Positions 43,101 to 57,900 of a DNA stretch of 64,000 nt are shown piece after piece; position 1 is the stretch's first letter; the number at the start of each line of letters is the position of its first letter. Below the pieces are notes generated by a model, which was not told where the DNA came from, searched no databases, and saw only the letters and a program-made list of their open reading frames with translations. This DNA comes from Yuukianura sp. NJ FZ-2021. Its lineage: Eukaryota. The position numbers were made by a program, and so were the translations under genes. The stretch is from assembly GCA_046563655.1 (NCBI GenBank), contig CM102284.1, positions 4,402,001 to 4,466,000 on the forward strand. The letters run 5' to 3'.

Positions 43101-46100
43101 GCTGAATACGCAAAACCCAAATGTATGAATTTTTCTCTTAGCCAAAACTTTGTTAATTAATCTTTCTGCGCTTAAATTTTTATTGTTCTAGTTCACTCAA
43201 CTAGAACATCAAGAATTTTAGTTTTCTGAAAACGTGTCGATGTATTCTACGCATTTCGTTGTTGTTTTTTTTTTCGAGGAAAATCATACGATCCGATGAT
43301 GCCAAATGGGCGTAGCCCTAAACTTTAGTTACGACGTTTTTTGCTGAATCGGGTTGCAACAATTTGGCATTTTAGCTAAGTACTTTGGACAATGCTAGGA
43401 ACAACTTTTGCTTAATTTATTTGAAAAATATTCAAATTCGTACTGCTGGAGATGCAAATGAAACCAAAATTTTGGTTTGTAGAATTGTAAATGAGCAGGG
43501 AAAACAGATTTGACCTTGGTACTACTAAATTCAAAGTGTTGCATACAAACACAAAGGAAGGTTTACAAATTACAATTGTGTAGAAAATGGGGGTCGAGGG
43601 TTGAATGTTTTTGCAAAAAGTGAAATTGGCTATAGAAATTGTGAGAAAGGAAAAAATTAAAATTGCGAACCGAATTAGTAATTGCACAAACAGAAAAATT
43701 CAACCTTAGCTTATGATTAACAGACGCTGTTAAATAGAAAAGTAACTAAAAATCTATGCTCAATTAACGTTTATCAAAACTCCTTGAATTCGTTCTCTAA
43801 ATATAAGTTTTCATGGCTGACCATTGTGGATCTAATTGAAATGCTTCGAAATTTCGAAATTTTAAGTTATTTGGCATATCGAAATGATGACTTTCTGAAA
43901 ACTGAGGCCATTTCACACCAGTATTTGTATTTCACAGCAGCACTTTCATAGCGTCGGTTGGTTTGCTTTGCAATTTGAAGCCCAAAAACGTTTAAAGTGT
44001 GGCCCTTTGCTTATGAATTTGGGAATTTCCAATTTTCCGGGTAACTTTGACATTGACTTTTTATGTCGTACGACAATCCACGTAAAATCCAGATTACAAG
44101 TTACGGTCGGATATTATACCAAGGAGGTGCAATCGCTTGAATAAACAGCTCTGTTGACGTGATAAAAACCATATTGTGAACCATACGTTATGATATTCTG
44201 GACAAAACTGGTTAGGTAATCTATTAATGGGATTTCTCCTCCTGCTGCAGATTTAGTAACCGCTTTGTAATATCTATCTGGATCCAAACATACAATTTCA
44301 TCTTTCAAAAACCTCAAATCTGCTATCCATTTGTCTATGGCTTTTAGGAACCCTTAAGGGCTCCACCTTAGCCACTTCTAATCAATGCCTTTAGCTCCAA
44401 GTACCCTAGGTTCATTTTTGAAATTACTTAAGTGCACTGCACCTTCCAGAAGAACTGAAAAGTGGTTAGCCACTTTCCGTAAGGGCTGCAAGAGTTTACA
44501 GCTTCCACTTTTAAAGCGATTTTGAGCTCTGATGCAAAAGTGGTAACTGTTTACTCTTATGAACAGTGCACTCAATTTCTATGGTTTATCGTCACTTTCC
44601 ATTGGATTAGCATAGGTTACTCAAATGTTTAAGTAAACAGAAGCTGTTCGAATCTTAGTAAATGGAAGTGTAAACATTAGGATTCGAACGTCTTCTGAGC
44701 CCTAGAAGTGTTTTCTTGGTTATCGTCTTCCTTGTTCAGCGTCTCGACAGTTTCCCAGTTTGTATTTGACGCTTTAAGTCTCAAAACGAGATGTTGGGGG
44801 ACACTTCCTTGGTTCAGATAGCAGTGATTGATGAACAGACAGAGATGATGTCAATGTCCAGCCGTTTTTTGGCTCTGGTCATTGGTCAGCACTCCCTCGG
44901 TTAGGTGACCTAGGCAGGGCTGACCTGTGACCTCCTCACAGCGTACAAAAGTACAGAAAGATTTTTAGTCTCTCTTTTTTACTTCTAAGACTTGCAATTT
45001 TGGTTTGAAAAAAACCAAAGTGGATCAAAAATTTTCAACTCTGAAGAAAACTGAGCTTTGAGAGCTAACGTTGTTGTTCACCTTTAAAAAGGACAGAAAC
45101 TCCGACAGCTTCCTCGAATGTCGAAAAAATGAAAATTATAAAACGATTTGAATACAAAGAAGGAGATTTTTTCAACGTTTATTATTTTCATTTTGAATTC
45201 AACTTTGTTTTTGAGTATAGTTTTCATTCATTTTGTGTTGGCCAAAGTTGCTTTTTAGAAGGTGAGCAGGATAGTCTTTGTTCATTAGCGACTAAATTTT
45301 GACAATGATTGATGAATGTTGACTTTGATTCGAATAGATCTGTGATTGTGATTGTAGGAACCTGTTGATTCTGGAGCTGGTTCTGACTGTTAACCAAAGG
45401 AAAAGGAAAGGATTAAATCCAATGACAAAATTACTGAAACAAGATTTTTTTCTAAAGTATAGTCAAGGGCCCACTCCTTCAAAGTGTTTTTTACTACTAA
45501 TCTTGCTTGGCTGGTTAGTAACTACAGTAAAGGAGTTGGATTTATGGTAATGTGTCTTAAGAAGCTTAAGGGTCCTGGGCACTTAAGAGTAAGATGTTGT
45601 TACCCTAAATCTTAAACTTGAAAACATTTGACTTTTCTTCTAAAAGCAATATTTTAGGATTGTTGTCACTTCACTGTGCGTAGGGCTTCTTCTTTTTTTG
45701 AGTCGTGTTGAATTGAAGCAGGTTTTTTGAGAAGAGATTCTGGAATTAAAACTACTTTTTGTAAAGAAGATAGAAATAACATAAAGAAACGAAAAATCTT
45801 GAATTTCAAGGGAAGATGCTGCCTTAAGTTTCCTTCGCTGCCAAGGCCTCTGCTGATCTTTGTCTCTAATGATCTTAGGAACCCTTTCCTTTGTTAAGAT
45901 GAAGCCCTTAAGTGCCTAGCAGCCAAACCACTTCCCTCAACTTGTAGTTTGACTCGACTGACTAGAGTTTTTTGGTTTGATCATGTTACTTTATTATTAT
46001 GGTTTTATTTTAAACTAATGATTTGAAATTTTGAAGCGCCTCTTCAAGTTAAGTTTTTTTTTAATGTCTTAAGCATTTTATTAATTTTCTTTTTTGAAAT

Positions 46101-47177
46101 CTTTTCAGACCAGCAAAATCGAAATCTGGGTTGTTATATGAGGCAAAAGACGTCGCTTCCACAGATAGTATAGATCCAGAAATAAAGCTCCCTCCACCAT
46201 CAGATGCAGCTTATTCAGAAAGGAGTTCCCTGTAAGCGTAAAATTGTTCAACACAATTTCTGAATTGCTTAACTGAACATAATTCGTCAAATGTTGAAAA
46301 ATCAAAAAATTTCACGTCAGGTTCGCAGAGGGCGAGGGCGGAGAGGGAGATATGTTACGCCCATCATCGCTTACAGTTTTGTTCAGGTGAAAAGAAACTA
46401 ATTAATTTCTACCTCTTATGCTCATTTTTGAATTTTTTTTTAATTCTCCTCACCATGAACTGAAATTTTGATACTACATAGGGGAAGAAAGTAAGTCCAA
46501 CAATCTATTGTTATTGACATTTACTTTTTGACTTCTTCAAAATTTAAATTTCAAAACTTCGTTATAAGCTACCGCAGGAAATTGCTTTCTACTTCGAAGC
46601 TTACACCGGAAGATGGATTCAACATTCCGACTGAACGTCAGTCACCGATGACTTCTGAATTGATGAAGCCTCCTCTTAGATACCGAAAAGGGTTCAATTT
46701 TATTTTTAAAATGACTTATATCAAATCAATTGAAAAGAATTTGATTTAGAAATTTAAAATTTGTTCTAACTTATTAGAGAAATAGATCAACGGGTACGCA
46801 GCGGAGGTTTGGCAATTGGAGAAGACGAGCTTGACATTCTTTTGCCTGTAGAAGAGAAAAAGAGAACTGTTTATGGAAGCATTTTGGTACCAAACACGGG
46901 GTAAACAAAATTATTATTATTAGTGTTGCGGATTTATTTTCGTTTTTTAAAAATCTGGTTTTTTAAAATGTGTTTACTTTTTTTTAGAAAAATGCCGGTT
47001 GCAGGATTGATGCCGGAGGATCCGCAAGTGCAGCCGTCAAATGCAATTCAGGCTCACGAGGTTCCTTCTCGTATCAAAATCCGAAACACAGAAACTGTTG
47101 CCAGGCAACGCGAGGCTGCCAAGGAACGCCTTCGTATGAGCAAAGTTGTGGATCCGGCGAAGAAGCAGCAGGCATAG
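40122..47177 (+). CDS. C2orf81/DUF4639-like protein (~443 aa), 10 exons
   Basis: Phase-consistent exons 40122-40137, 40213-40566, 40647-40843, 40920-41059, 46109-46231, 46321-46386, 46482-46490, 46578-46691, 46778-46900, 46988-47177. EEITEDLFETAFEIC..WLRVME..QPDSIPPPLPFDTWSRGTLEV resembles the C2orf81 core (D-x-W-x-x-G-x-V/L). The join across the 5-kb intron is inferred. Confidence 0.6.
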
Positions 47178-50100
47178 CCTTGATCAAAACTTGAAAATGC
47201 TGTTTACTAGTCCTTCGAATTCGAAAATGTCATCCCACGTGTAATAAAATATATTTGCCAATTTTAATTTTAGAAGATGAAGGACTTTCTTTCACACCGC
47301 TTTTTGCAAGTGTTGTCACAAGGGGAAAGTTGGCAAACGTTTTGACATTGACCTTGCCAGAATTCTAAAAAACAGTTGACATTTGACCTCCAAAATTTAT
47401 TGCGATTGAACTTGGAGAAACAAATTTATGTTGAGGTACGCCTCCGCAGAGTCCTTCTCCGACCATTGACATTTGCTTCCGGTTTTTCCAGTCGGTTTTC
47501 CGCGTCTCATTGATCATAATCTTTCTACTTCCGATGTGGAAGCATAAAGCCAGCTTACAATCGAATGACTAGGGAAAGGTTAGGCTAACCGGAACCTTAA
47601 CATTTTGGCATCTGTTTTTCAAAATTGCAGTTTTTAAAAAACTATGTTTTTTTCCCGGAGTCGTTCAGCTTGCCCTGACGTGTTACTTTTCAATAAACTT
47701 TGGAGAGCTCTTCTTCCTGTTTGAAAAACACGCCTGCATCTGGTTTTAGCTGCACCAAACTTTCGAAAGTTCCAGAGAGCACAAACACCTTTATGCCTTC
47801 AACAAAGATATGGATTTGTGCTGAGGGTGCCGCCTGTTCTTTCAAAAAGCAGCTTCTGAATAAATAGGCAACCAGAAGTACACAGACGTTGAAGCAAAAC
47901 AATTTCAAAACTGTTTTTCACTTTTCCATTCACTGGTGATGCCGCCCTGCTCGTGCATGTTTTTCACAAAAAATGCTCAGGTTTGCCGAAATTCGTGACA
48001 ATTCGATAATTGCTACAGCGCTCGAACTACAAATTTTCGTTTTTTAAGTAGGAACACAACCATCACGTTCCAATTTGAGTCTGCAAACGATTTGCAACTC
48101 TCCTTAAAAAACAAAAAGTGATTTTACCCTACCACAAAACTTTAACATTTCATTTTTTTTCCTATAACTCAAATTAACAAAATTTTGAACGGCGTCAGCG
48201 TCTATCAGCTTTTTAATTTCGGGTGCGTGTCCTTGGACAGCTTTCGGCTTCTTTATGGTCAAAAAAGATTAAAGATGGTCATGGACCACGATTTTTGCAA
48301 AACAACAAATTAAATTCTGAACCGTACAATATCTGCAATGATCTGCAAAACCACTTAACTTTTACGTTTACTACTATTTAATGGATTTTCGTCTTCACTT
48401 AAACACTAAGGTTTACTACCGCAATTAAACACGGTAGTAACAACGCCGCAATTGGAATTGAACATAACTTATAAGCAGTTTTAACAGTAAACACAGTTTC
48501 TATGTACAGTGCCATTAAACGTAACCTGGTTTTTCCTCAAAGATTGTAATTGCAAACATCCATCACTCCAACGACCTTCAGCCTTCTTTGACGCTCCTCA
48601 ACTTAAATCTTCAGCGTAGCAGATTCAGTTGGCGCCAGGATGACTTTCTAATCTCCAAGAACAACTCTACAGCACAGACGCCACTTCCATATCAGTCACA
48701 AACCCAAAACTACAAAATAAATGTGAAAAATTAAATGATTAACAAAAACCGTTAAAAACGTAAACAATAATTTCTCATCAATGGTAAAAAATACTACTCC
48801 TAAAAGTCTCAAGCATAGAAATGCAGCAAACAAGCGTCCCACCTTCGATCCCGAAACTAAACTTTGACATTGTATTTGAACATTGTATTAAACTGTATTT
48901 GAAAACTAGTTTTAAATGTTTTTGACGATATGGCTGATCCTGTAGTAAAGAGCTCAAGTATTTTTTATGTTTGCAAAGTTTTTCTACTCTTCTTTTTTTA
49001 AGTCGAGGACATATAGATTTTTAAGCCAAAATGACTAATCTAAAAAAGTAAGTTATCAATCGTGTGGTTAGTGTCTACGTGCTTAGGTTCTAGTATTTTG
49101 TTGTGGCATTGTGGCTGACTTTACTAAATGGTTTGAAGCTAGTTTAGAAAAAAACGAAGTCGAAGGATCATCTAGTTTCCTCTAGAATTGTTCATTTAAA
49201 AATAGATGAGCATAAATTAATCTACGCTGGAAGTGGCTTTAGAAGAACCACGCTAAACATGACCCCAAAACCCCAAGCCATCTGCCCAAATGCCACAAAT
49301 TTATCTTTAGCGTTAGTTCGCTTCTAAGCGTATTCCAACGACCAAAGTTTGGATAGTAAACTGCCAAATGAGGTCAGTGACCTCGAGAAATGTTGACCAG
49401 ATGAATGCTATTGCCAAAAGATCAGGTTCGGTTTGCAGGAGATCATTTTGAAACAGTTGAAATTTTGAAGCTAAACTAACATTTTTTTTTTTTTGGTTTT
49501 TGAAAAGTTTAATTTCCGGAGAGCTTCGACTCGACAGCCTGCGCAGAGCTGCAGAAGAAATATGACTCTCGACAGCCCTCCAAATTGGATGTTGCCTTGT
49601 TCCTATTTTTAAGGATTTTGGGGTTCTGGTAAAATTTTGACATGTTTATTGTTCGTTTTAAAACACCTTTTTTCGAAACACTGAAGACTCAAAGTTTGAA
49701 ATTTGGTAATTTTCCTGCAGGCTTTGTTGTTAAGTCTGCTGAGCTAAAGCTCTTTTACAAGTCAGAAGATTTGTGTGTAAAGTTACACCTTATTCATTGT
49801 TGTCCAACAATAAAATTGTTTATTGCAGTCTTTCCAAATGAATTTAGACACTTGAGGCGGATGCTCAGTGTATGCAGTACCCCCACTCCATGAGAGATGG
49901 GGAGTTCGTTTTTAGCAAAAAGGTACAAATTTTTGAGTACAATAGCACGCAACGTATGGGAATCTAAGACCAGTGATGAATATTTTAAATTCATAAAAAA
50001 ATATATTTATTGAAGATTTTCTAATTTTAAAAAATTCTTCATGTTTTCCAAGTTTGTCGTGAAGAGATTTGGTCAACAAAAATTTTTGAAACCTTCAATT

Positions 50101-53100
50101 CTTATTTTCAAAAACTGAGTGAACGCTGGAGCTGAAAAAAAATCGTTCAAATTAAGTAAAATAAAACTGAAACTTTTGTTGCTATAAACGGAAGCCATAC
50201 AAATAATAATTATTTTTCTTCTTGGTTGAGAAGCATTGGGTCGGTACATGGAAATAAATCCATTTTTAACTGGCTTCGAAATTGTTTTGGACAATGTTTG
50301 CACCAGGGTAAGTTAAATTATACAATCATACAATATAAGTATACATAGATAAGTAATATAAATTGATAGATTTAGTTATTTATGTACTCCAACTGCGGAT
50401 CTGTGGATCTTCATTTCCCATCATTTTAAAATTTTAAACAAACGAGAGTTCATTCTTCGTACTATTTTCTAAAAAGAAAAATGCATTTTCTAAATTGACT
50501 TCATCCTTACAGAGCTTTCCAGTGATGAATCAGTTCCAGTAGCACTTTTAAGATTTATGATTAACTAAACTGCGAAAGCAATTAAATCAATTAATTATTG
50601 GCAGAAGTGTTAATTATTTTGCTAAAAATATTTGGTACTGATCACTGGAACGACTTGAGGAGTTTTTATTGCTACAACTAGACGCCACATAAAAATTAAT
50701 TAATTTCATTCATGGTTTTCAAGCTGTACAAAAACTGAAAATTTGTTAAACAGCGTAAGAATATAGCAAGATAATTTTTAATGAAATTTAATTGTTCAGC
50801 AACAAAATAAACGCTGAAATGCAAGTATAAAGAGATCCTCACTGTTTGAATTTCAAAAATTTGATTCTGTGATGATTTAAACTTCAAAAACAATGAATTC
50901 TGTGAATTTTTTGAAAACACACTTTGAAACTGCGCTTTTTGCAAATTTTTTGCACCAAAGTATGCGAAATCCTGTTCTGCAACTTCAACCTGTCGACGAA
51001 GTCGAAGAAATTGCAAGAAAGTTGAAATTTTTGAAAAATTATGATTTAGGGAATTGCGAAGTGTCCGGAGTGAAATTTGACGATTTTAGATAGGGGATTG
51101 TACAAAGCCAAAAGGGCTTCCCCCTTTGTGGACTTTTTGTATGGGAAGGCCGCCAGCGGCAAAAAAAAATTGAAGAGGGAGAGGAGCCTTTTTGGTTCGC
51201 CTAATCTCCGCATAGCTCCGCACAGTTTTTCAGAGGACCCTCCAACCTCACCATGTAAAATCTCTTTCCAAAATCTCAAAAAATTAAAATACTTTAAAAA
51301 ATCATATCTCAAGAACAGATTCTGCTTGGGAGCTAATCTCTTCACACCTACACTCAGAATGATCTCTAGAATATTTTAAGCCCAAAAAACGGAAATCGAA
51401 ATTTTGACTCATTTCTACCAAAATTCCTTAACTTAAATAATCCACGGATTTTTAAAAAATAAATGTGATCACATTTTGACGATGCGTTTTTCGGAAACTT
51501 TATGAATCAAATTTTGTAATTTTATGAAAAAACCCGATACATTAAAACACTCACTAAGATCCAAGGTCAAGTTTGGATCCAGATTTAACGAGATCCCAAA
51601 TGCTTCACTTCCCGTGTCAAAAGTGTCACCTCCTTGTCACAAAATGACGTCGAACGCAGGAGTGGCAGTGCTCAAACTGACAAGCAAAATGTTGCAGTAT
51701 GACATGTTGCGTCATCACAGTTCAAGATCTTAGGAGGATCTCCATCATTTGCAGAGGTTTTAACACTGTTTTAATGGAACTTCAAATCAGATCCAGAGCA
51801 CCATCGTCCTTGGCGTTGTTTACGTAGTAGATCCTTGCTGTTGTTGACCTACCCAATTTATCATGGGGTGATACTTTAAGTTTTGGCAAAAACAGCACAT
51901 AGATATTCTTACGTCACATGAAACCGGTTCATGGCCCAGGCCCGGCCTCCAATCCATCACAAAAATCCAGTTTTTCAAAAAGACATTTAAAAAATATATG
52001 CAAACTCCATAACCTTCTGAACCCAAGCCAAATTTTTGTGGCTCCAATCCAGAATTTTCCATCCTTTCTTGACCTGGAACCTGAATCTTAAAAGCGCCAA
52101 AAATTAAAGCAGCTTGAGATAACTGGAGAAGATAGCCTACGACCTAACATTACGTTAGAGGAAAAAATATGTTAAGTTTAACAGACGCGTACATAGAGAA
52201 TTTTCAACTTTTGACCTTGTAGAGAAAACCTCTTCAACATTGGATTTGCGACTCAAATTTTTGCAACTTTACAAAAAATATTTTTCCCGTGAATCTATTG
52301 TCGGTTAGCAGTTGTGTTATGTATGTGATTTTGAAAAATATAGCTTTTGAAATTGCTGATTCAAAAAAAAAAGTTTTCTAAACATAGGGTGGATGTTCCA
52401 ATTTCGTAATTTCGTAAGATACTTCCGCATTTGATTACTTAACATTTAACCTCTCTAAGTACTAACTTACTGTGCGCAAAAGTTAGGGTTTTAACCTAAT
52501 CGTTGAATAAACCTAACCTAACTAAAATTCAAATAAACAAAACACTCCAGAAGACCATTCCAATTTGTTAATTTTTTATTTTTGAAATTGACAGATTTAC
52601 AGTTTCAAATTCTGAATTTTGCATTTTTTTCCTTACAGGTTAACAAATCCTTAGAAATATAATATTTCAACTTGGTTTGACCTTTGACCTTAGCTTAGCT
52701 TCAATTTTTGCCAAAAAGGTGTAAGGATTTCAAAAAATGAATCTGCAACTGAATTTCGAAATTGATGTTCTTGGACGAAAACGAAAAGATTCGAGAGAAA
52801 AGTCAACACAATTTTAACTTTTTTAAACTTTGGTACAAAATCTTAAACAAAATCGCTTAAATTTAAATATTTTTAGTACTGGGATCATCTGACTTGTAGT
52901 AAATGTAATTAGAAAAAAGGTTTTGTACAATTTTTTAAATAATATTAAAGTTAGTATTATGGTATATGAGAGCAATTACAGTACAATTACTTAGTAATTC
53001 GGAATTACTTCAAGTAATTAAAGTCCAAACAAAGATTTTAGTACCGTCTCCTCACTTTCCAAATCACTTTTTTTTTTAATTTTTTAAATTTGAACATTTA

Positions 53101-54962
53101 CCCGATCCATTAAATCCTAAATAATTTTTTACCACATTAATCTTTTCTCACTTTTTTTTTAACTTGCCGAAGTAACTTCCACCACTTAAATCATGCTTTG
53201 TAAGGTACTTAACTTTTTTTTAACAAGTTTTTTCGAAATTTTTGTAAACATTGATTTTTTTTTGGAATTTTCGAAAATTTTTGTGACTTGTAAAGGTTTT
53301 TTATACAACACCATTAGATTTCTTGTATCATCCGTAAGAATTACACGAGCCAAAAAAAAACCTTCTCTATTCACACAGATTTTTTTACCACAATTTTTTT
53401 GTTTGTAAGATTTCCGATTTCGAATCACACATTTTCCTTTCTCCGTTTGCCAATTTAATTAACTCTAATCAACAATAATTAATTCCGACAAATTAAAAAC
53501 TTTTGCGAACAAAACACGTTTGTTTTCGAATCTTAAATTTTTCTCGCTCAGATCACAGCTTCCAGTGATCAGTCTTTACTCTCGCGAATTAAAAAAAAAT
53601 TAAATTCGGTTCCCTCTCGATTTTTGATTTTAAAAATTTGTCGTTTTTTGTACAAAACACATCCGTTTGCCATTTTTGAAAATTTTCCTTTTAGAAGTTT
53701 TTGATGACTGAAAACTGGACTCTTTTTTCTTCGTTCCGTTTTTGTTTCATTTCATTGCAATTTTTCCCGAGCAGAAAATTGACTAAATGTACACATCAAT
53801 TTTGGTCTGTTCATTCCTTTTCCCGTTAATCCGTTAATTAACTAGCTCCTTCTTTAGCCCTTCCGCTTAATCCTAACCTTAAATGCTAAGAAAAACGTAG
53901 GTACAAATGTAAATGTATTCGGTGGATGATTTTTTTTTTTTGTAAATTTTTTAGCATTTTACGAGAAGAAAACTTGTATCACTGAAAGAAAGAACTAACC
54001 TTAACCTTATTAGTTAGGTTAGCCTAATCTAAATTCATGGACGCGAGGGCTGTGATTTTGGTATTTTGTAATTTCGAAATTCCGAAATTACGAAACATCA
54101 AACTCACAGTTTGATCTCCTCGTTGACAAGTTGCCAAAAAATCCACGAACTCCAACAAAATTGGATCTTACAAAATGCTAAGTAGAAAAGATGACAAACG
54201 GAGAGAAAGACTAGGTTTAACAATTCCCCAACAAATTAAACTTTTTTAAACAAATTGTTATCTGTGTAAACAAAATTAAACAACAAAAAAGAAATAACAA
54301 AATGATTATTATAGTTAAACTTTAACAAGAGTTAGTTTAAGTTTAACTATTATCTTTTCCATCTGTTGTTGGGTCTGATGACTGATAAATGCCAACTTTA
54401 AATCGAAAAACAAACAGAAAACCGCCCACCAGAAAAGTGATATTGGACCACCACACAAATTCTAAACTGTTTAGAGGCAGATGACCCCGGAATTATCAAC
54501 ATCCTTCGCAAAAACATTATCTTCTCTCTTCCATTTCTAGTCCAATCATTTAAAAAATAATAATTTCAATCCTGATCCTGCCAAAATTAAATGAAAAAAC
54601 TAAAATTTTCCCAGATTCAGTTAAATATTTAACAAAAATTAATTTATATTCAATGTAGAAAGGCCTTTAGGTTACAAGATGATGAGTTGGCGAAGTAAAC
54701 TGATTTTTACGTGTGTGACGTTGGTGTATGGTCCGATCAATTGAATTTAATGATGAGAAGATGAGAAAAAACCAGCATCTCTTGCTTTGCCTTTTGCAGA
54801 AAGTCGTTTGGTGGGATGATACAAAAAAACAACAACAATGAGGACGTCCCCAAATGCGCGGCTTCTCAGTTTTAGTAGTTTGAAAATGGCGACGACAGCG
54901 GCGGTAGTAAAGCACATGCGCAGTAGCAGCAGAATCAGTGGGAGATTTTTGGTAAGAAATTA

Positions 54963-57900
54963 CTAGTGAGACCGGTACAACTTTTTCTTGGCAATTGTGT
55001 AGGCTGGGCTGACGACAATTGTACCACCTTTGGCCAGATTCCTATTCAAGAACAAAAGAGAAAAAACGAGTTAGATCCCATGGTCATCAAATTCCCCAAT
55101 TATTTTGAGAGTTGATTTAATTTCAAAGGCGTTAAAAATTTTTAATCACGTTAGTCGTACTTTAACTCCCCAAAAAAGTGTTACTTCCACATCAATTTTC
55201 TTCGAAAAAAGAGAGCGATGAAAGGAAGGCGGTTGAAAATTAATGTTGGTCACAGTAAAAAAAAAAAGTAAGACAAGTTGCCCTTAATCATTTTCTTATT
55301 GGTGGGCGTGGTTTAAGGGCTAGGTTTAATTGAAGTTTTGAGAGAAAAGAAGTTGAAGTTACCTAAGGATTGCTGGCAGGCGAGAATACCATGGAGCGAG
55401 ATCTTCACGAAGGCTAAGATGCAATTCTGAAAATTAAAAAATAAATAAATTTAAAAACCTGAGTTTTCTAGATTTTTTTGTTAGTTTGGCTAGGCTACTG
55501 AGTTTGACTTTGTAAAAAACCGAAAACTTACCGAAAGTTGTAACCGTCTGCTGGTCACATTTGACTGTCCCGATTTTCCGGCTGTTAGCTGAAGCCAATT
55601 CGCTAGAAGCAGGATTTGGAGATGCCGAATTGTTATTGTTGTTGTTGCTAAGGGAGTTGTTATTTGTACTAGCAGGTTGGGCAGGAGGAGTCGTCGTAGA
55701 CGTTCCGCCGCTTTCAAAGTTCAGGATGATCAGACAGCCACGGAGGCCGCACGGTTCAGTCTCGGCCATCAACAAAATATCACGAGCGACACGCGTCAGG
55801 AGATCAGGCGGCAAAAGAACTTCGGATGTTTGAAGATGAGCTTTTTTGGCAGCACGTAGGGCACCTTCGAGTCGTAGCGTAATTGCTCGCACCATCGAAG
55901 TAGCTTCCGCCGTGTCTCCATCAATTTCAATTCCAAGACTTGCTCCGTTCTGACCCCAGTAGCCTTCTGTAACAAAGAAAACAAAAAAGAAACGTTCGTT
56001 AGCATACGATTTGTCATTTTTTCAAAAAGTTCAACTTTCCCATTAAGTGACTCAGCTTTCAAAGGGCTACCCTCTTTTATGTGAATCTATTTAAAGGAAC
56101 AAGGGGTCATGGGGGTCATTTGAGCCTTTTGAATAGGAATCACCTGTGCCTAGCTTTTTGAGGGCCCTTATTATGAGAAAGTGGTCCTTCAAAAGATGTT
56201 TTGGGAGGAACCTTAAACCCTCATCTTCTTTTCACTTCTTTAGTCTCACAAAAAACGTTTCTCTTCAGAACTGAAATTTGTCTTTTGAAAAAGAGGGCCC
56301 GATTTCCAACAAAGAAACAGGTTTAGACAAGATGTCAAGACGGGGACCCTTCGTCCTTTAAGGGCTTCTCTAAATAAAGTGGTTTCAGAATTACTCATCT
56401 TACAACGTTTAAGGGAACCCCTCATTCTAAACCCACCGAACTTTGAATCGAACCTGACACGTCGTCGTCCTTGTTCGACTGAGCGACGTCGCCAATATGT
56501 CGTTTCGTGGCCGAAGTAGCCGAAAGCCAAAACAGAATCGGAACCATTTTTGGGATAGTAGAGAGAAATCGGATGAAGCAAAATGAAAATTATGAAAAGA
56601 AATCAGTTGTCATTTCCTGCCAACACCAAGTTCGGTTTCCAACTGGAAGATCACTTCACCGATTTTTTCCTTTTTAAGAGATTTGAAATTGAAACGGAAA
56701 TTTGAAACAATGGAACTCTTATTTCGAATTACTATGAGACATTTTCAATTGTCTCTTCTTAAAATTTTATGACTACCGAGCTACGGAAAATTTCCGTTGA
56801 CATTCAATGCCTTTGTTTTACTGGCTAGCAACTAACTGTCATTTCAAATCACAAACTAAAAGTAGAATCCGAAAATTCGGAACGTTTTCTATTGTTCTTT
56901 CCGCCTTGAATCTGGGTGATGTTGAAAAGTATGAATCATCAAAGATAATTAAAAGTTCAACGTTGAATTAACGTTACCGCTGATTAACGTTAAAATTAAA
57001 GTCAACTTTTTCCTCATGAGGCCTCTTAAAATCAATTAAGCCTTAATTGATGAATTGCCTGGCCTCAACTAGAGTTAACTTTAAGATTTTTATTGCGGTT
57101 CAACATGCTACTTTTTTCTGCTAAAAAGACTCACGCGAGAACTGCATTATTTTGAGCAAACCTAATTTTAACTTCCAAGCTTAAAGTCCATACTTTAGTT
57201 AGTACCTCCCTTGCGAAAATTGCAAAAAGCATAGGTTTTCTGCATCATGAATTTTACATTGATTATAATCTTCAGTACGAGCCAAGGGAACAGGACTTGC
57301 TACCCCTTTAAACAATGACCGGCATCCCCTCTACTTCCAAAGTGCGTGTCCAAATCATTGTTCTATGCATTTTGTGCAACTAAAAGCTGCACAAAAGTAC
57401 CTAACTCCAAAAATTGCGTGCAACTTGCAAAAAAAGTATCCGCCTCCCACTCCTACAGCTTAAGCTCACTTCACACTAACTTTTCAACCGTGTCCACCCA
57501 CCTAACTCTGTACTGCATATTCCCAGTGTGCTAGGCCACTTTTGCACATCTGAATTTGCACTGAATCCCCCTCCCCTCGTGCAAAAGTGAGGCGCAGCTT
57601 CACACAAATGTGGTTTAGAAGGCTTTGAGAGGCGAGTTCGATGGCCTCAGATGAGAAAACTAGGCCGACTTGCCTCAAACTTAATCTATTAGATACAGCA
57701 AAGGCACAACCAGAGGCCAAATTTACGCCAATAATTCTCAAGAGTGCGTAGAATGCCGTAATGCAATATTGAACTATGAAGGATTCGAAGTTAGTGCCAA
57801 TTTTAATCCTTCATCCAAAGCCATGTTGGAGGTAACGACCACCGGTAGCACGGATTTTGCAAAAAATGTGCTCAACTTCGTCTAAACTCCTCTTGAAACA

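Noticed and set aside
47300-54000. Short ORFs and exon-like patches (47690-47908, 48545-48710, 49720-49920, 51046-51379)
   Set aside because: No consistent spliced frame or recognisable domain; probably repeat remnants or non-coding DNA.
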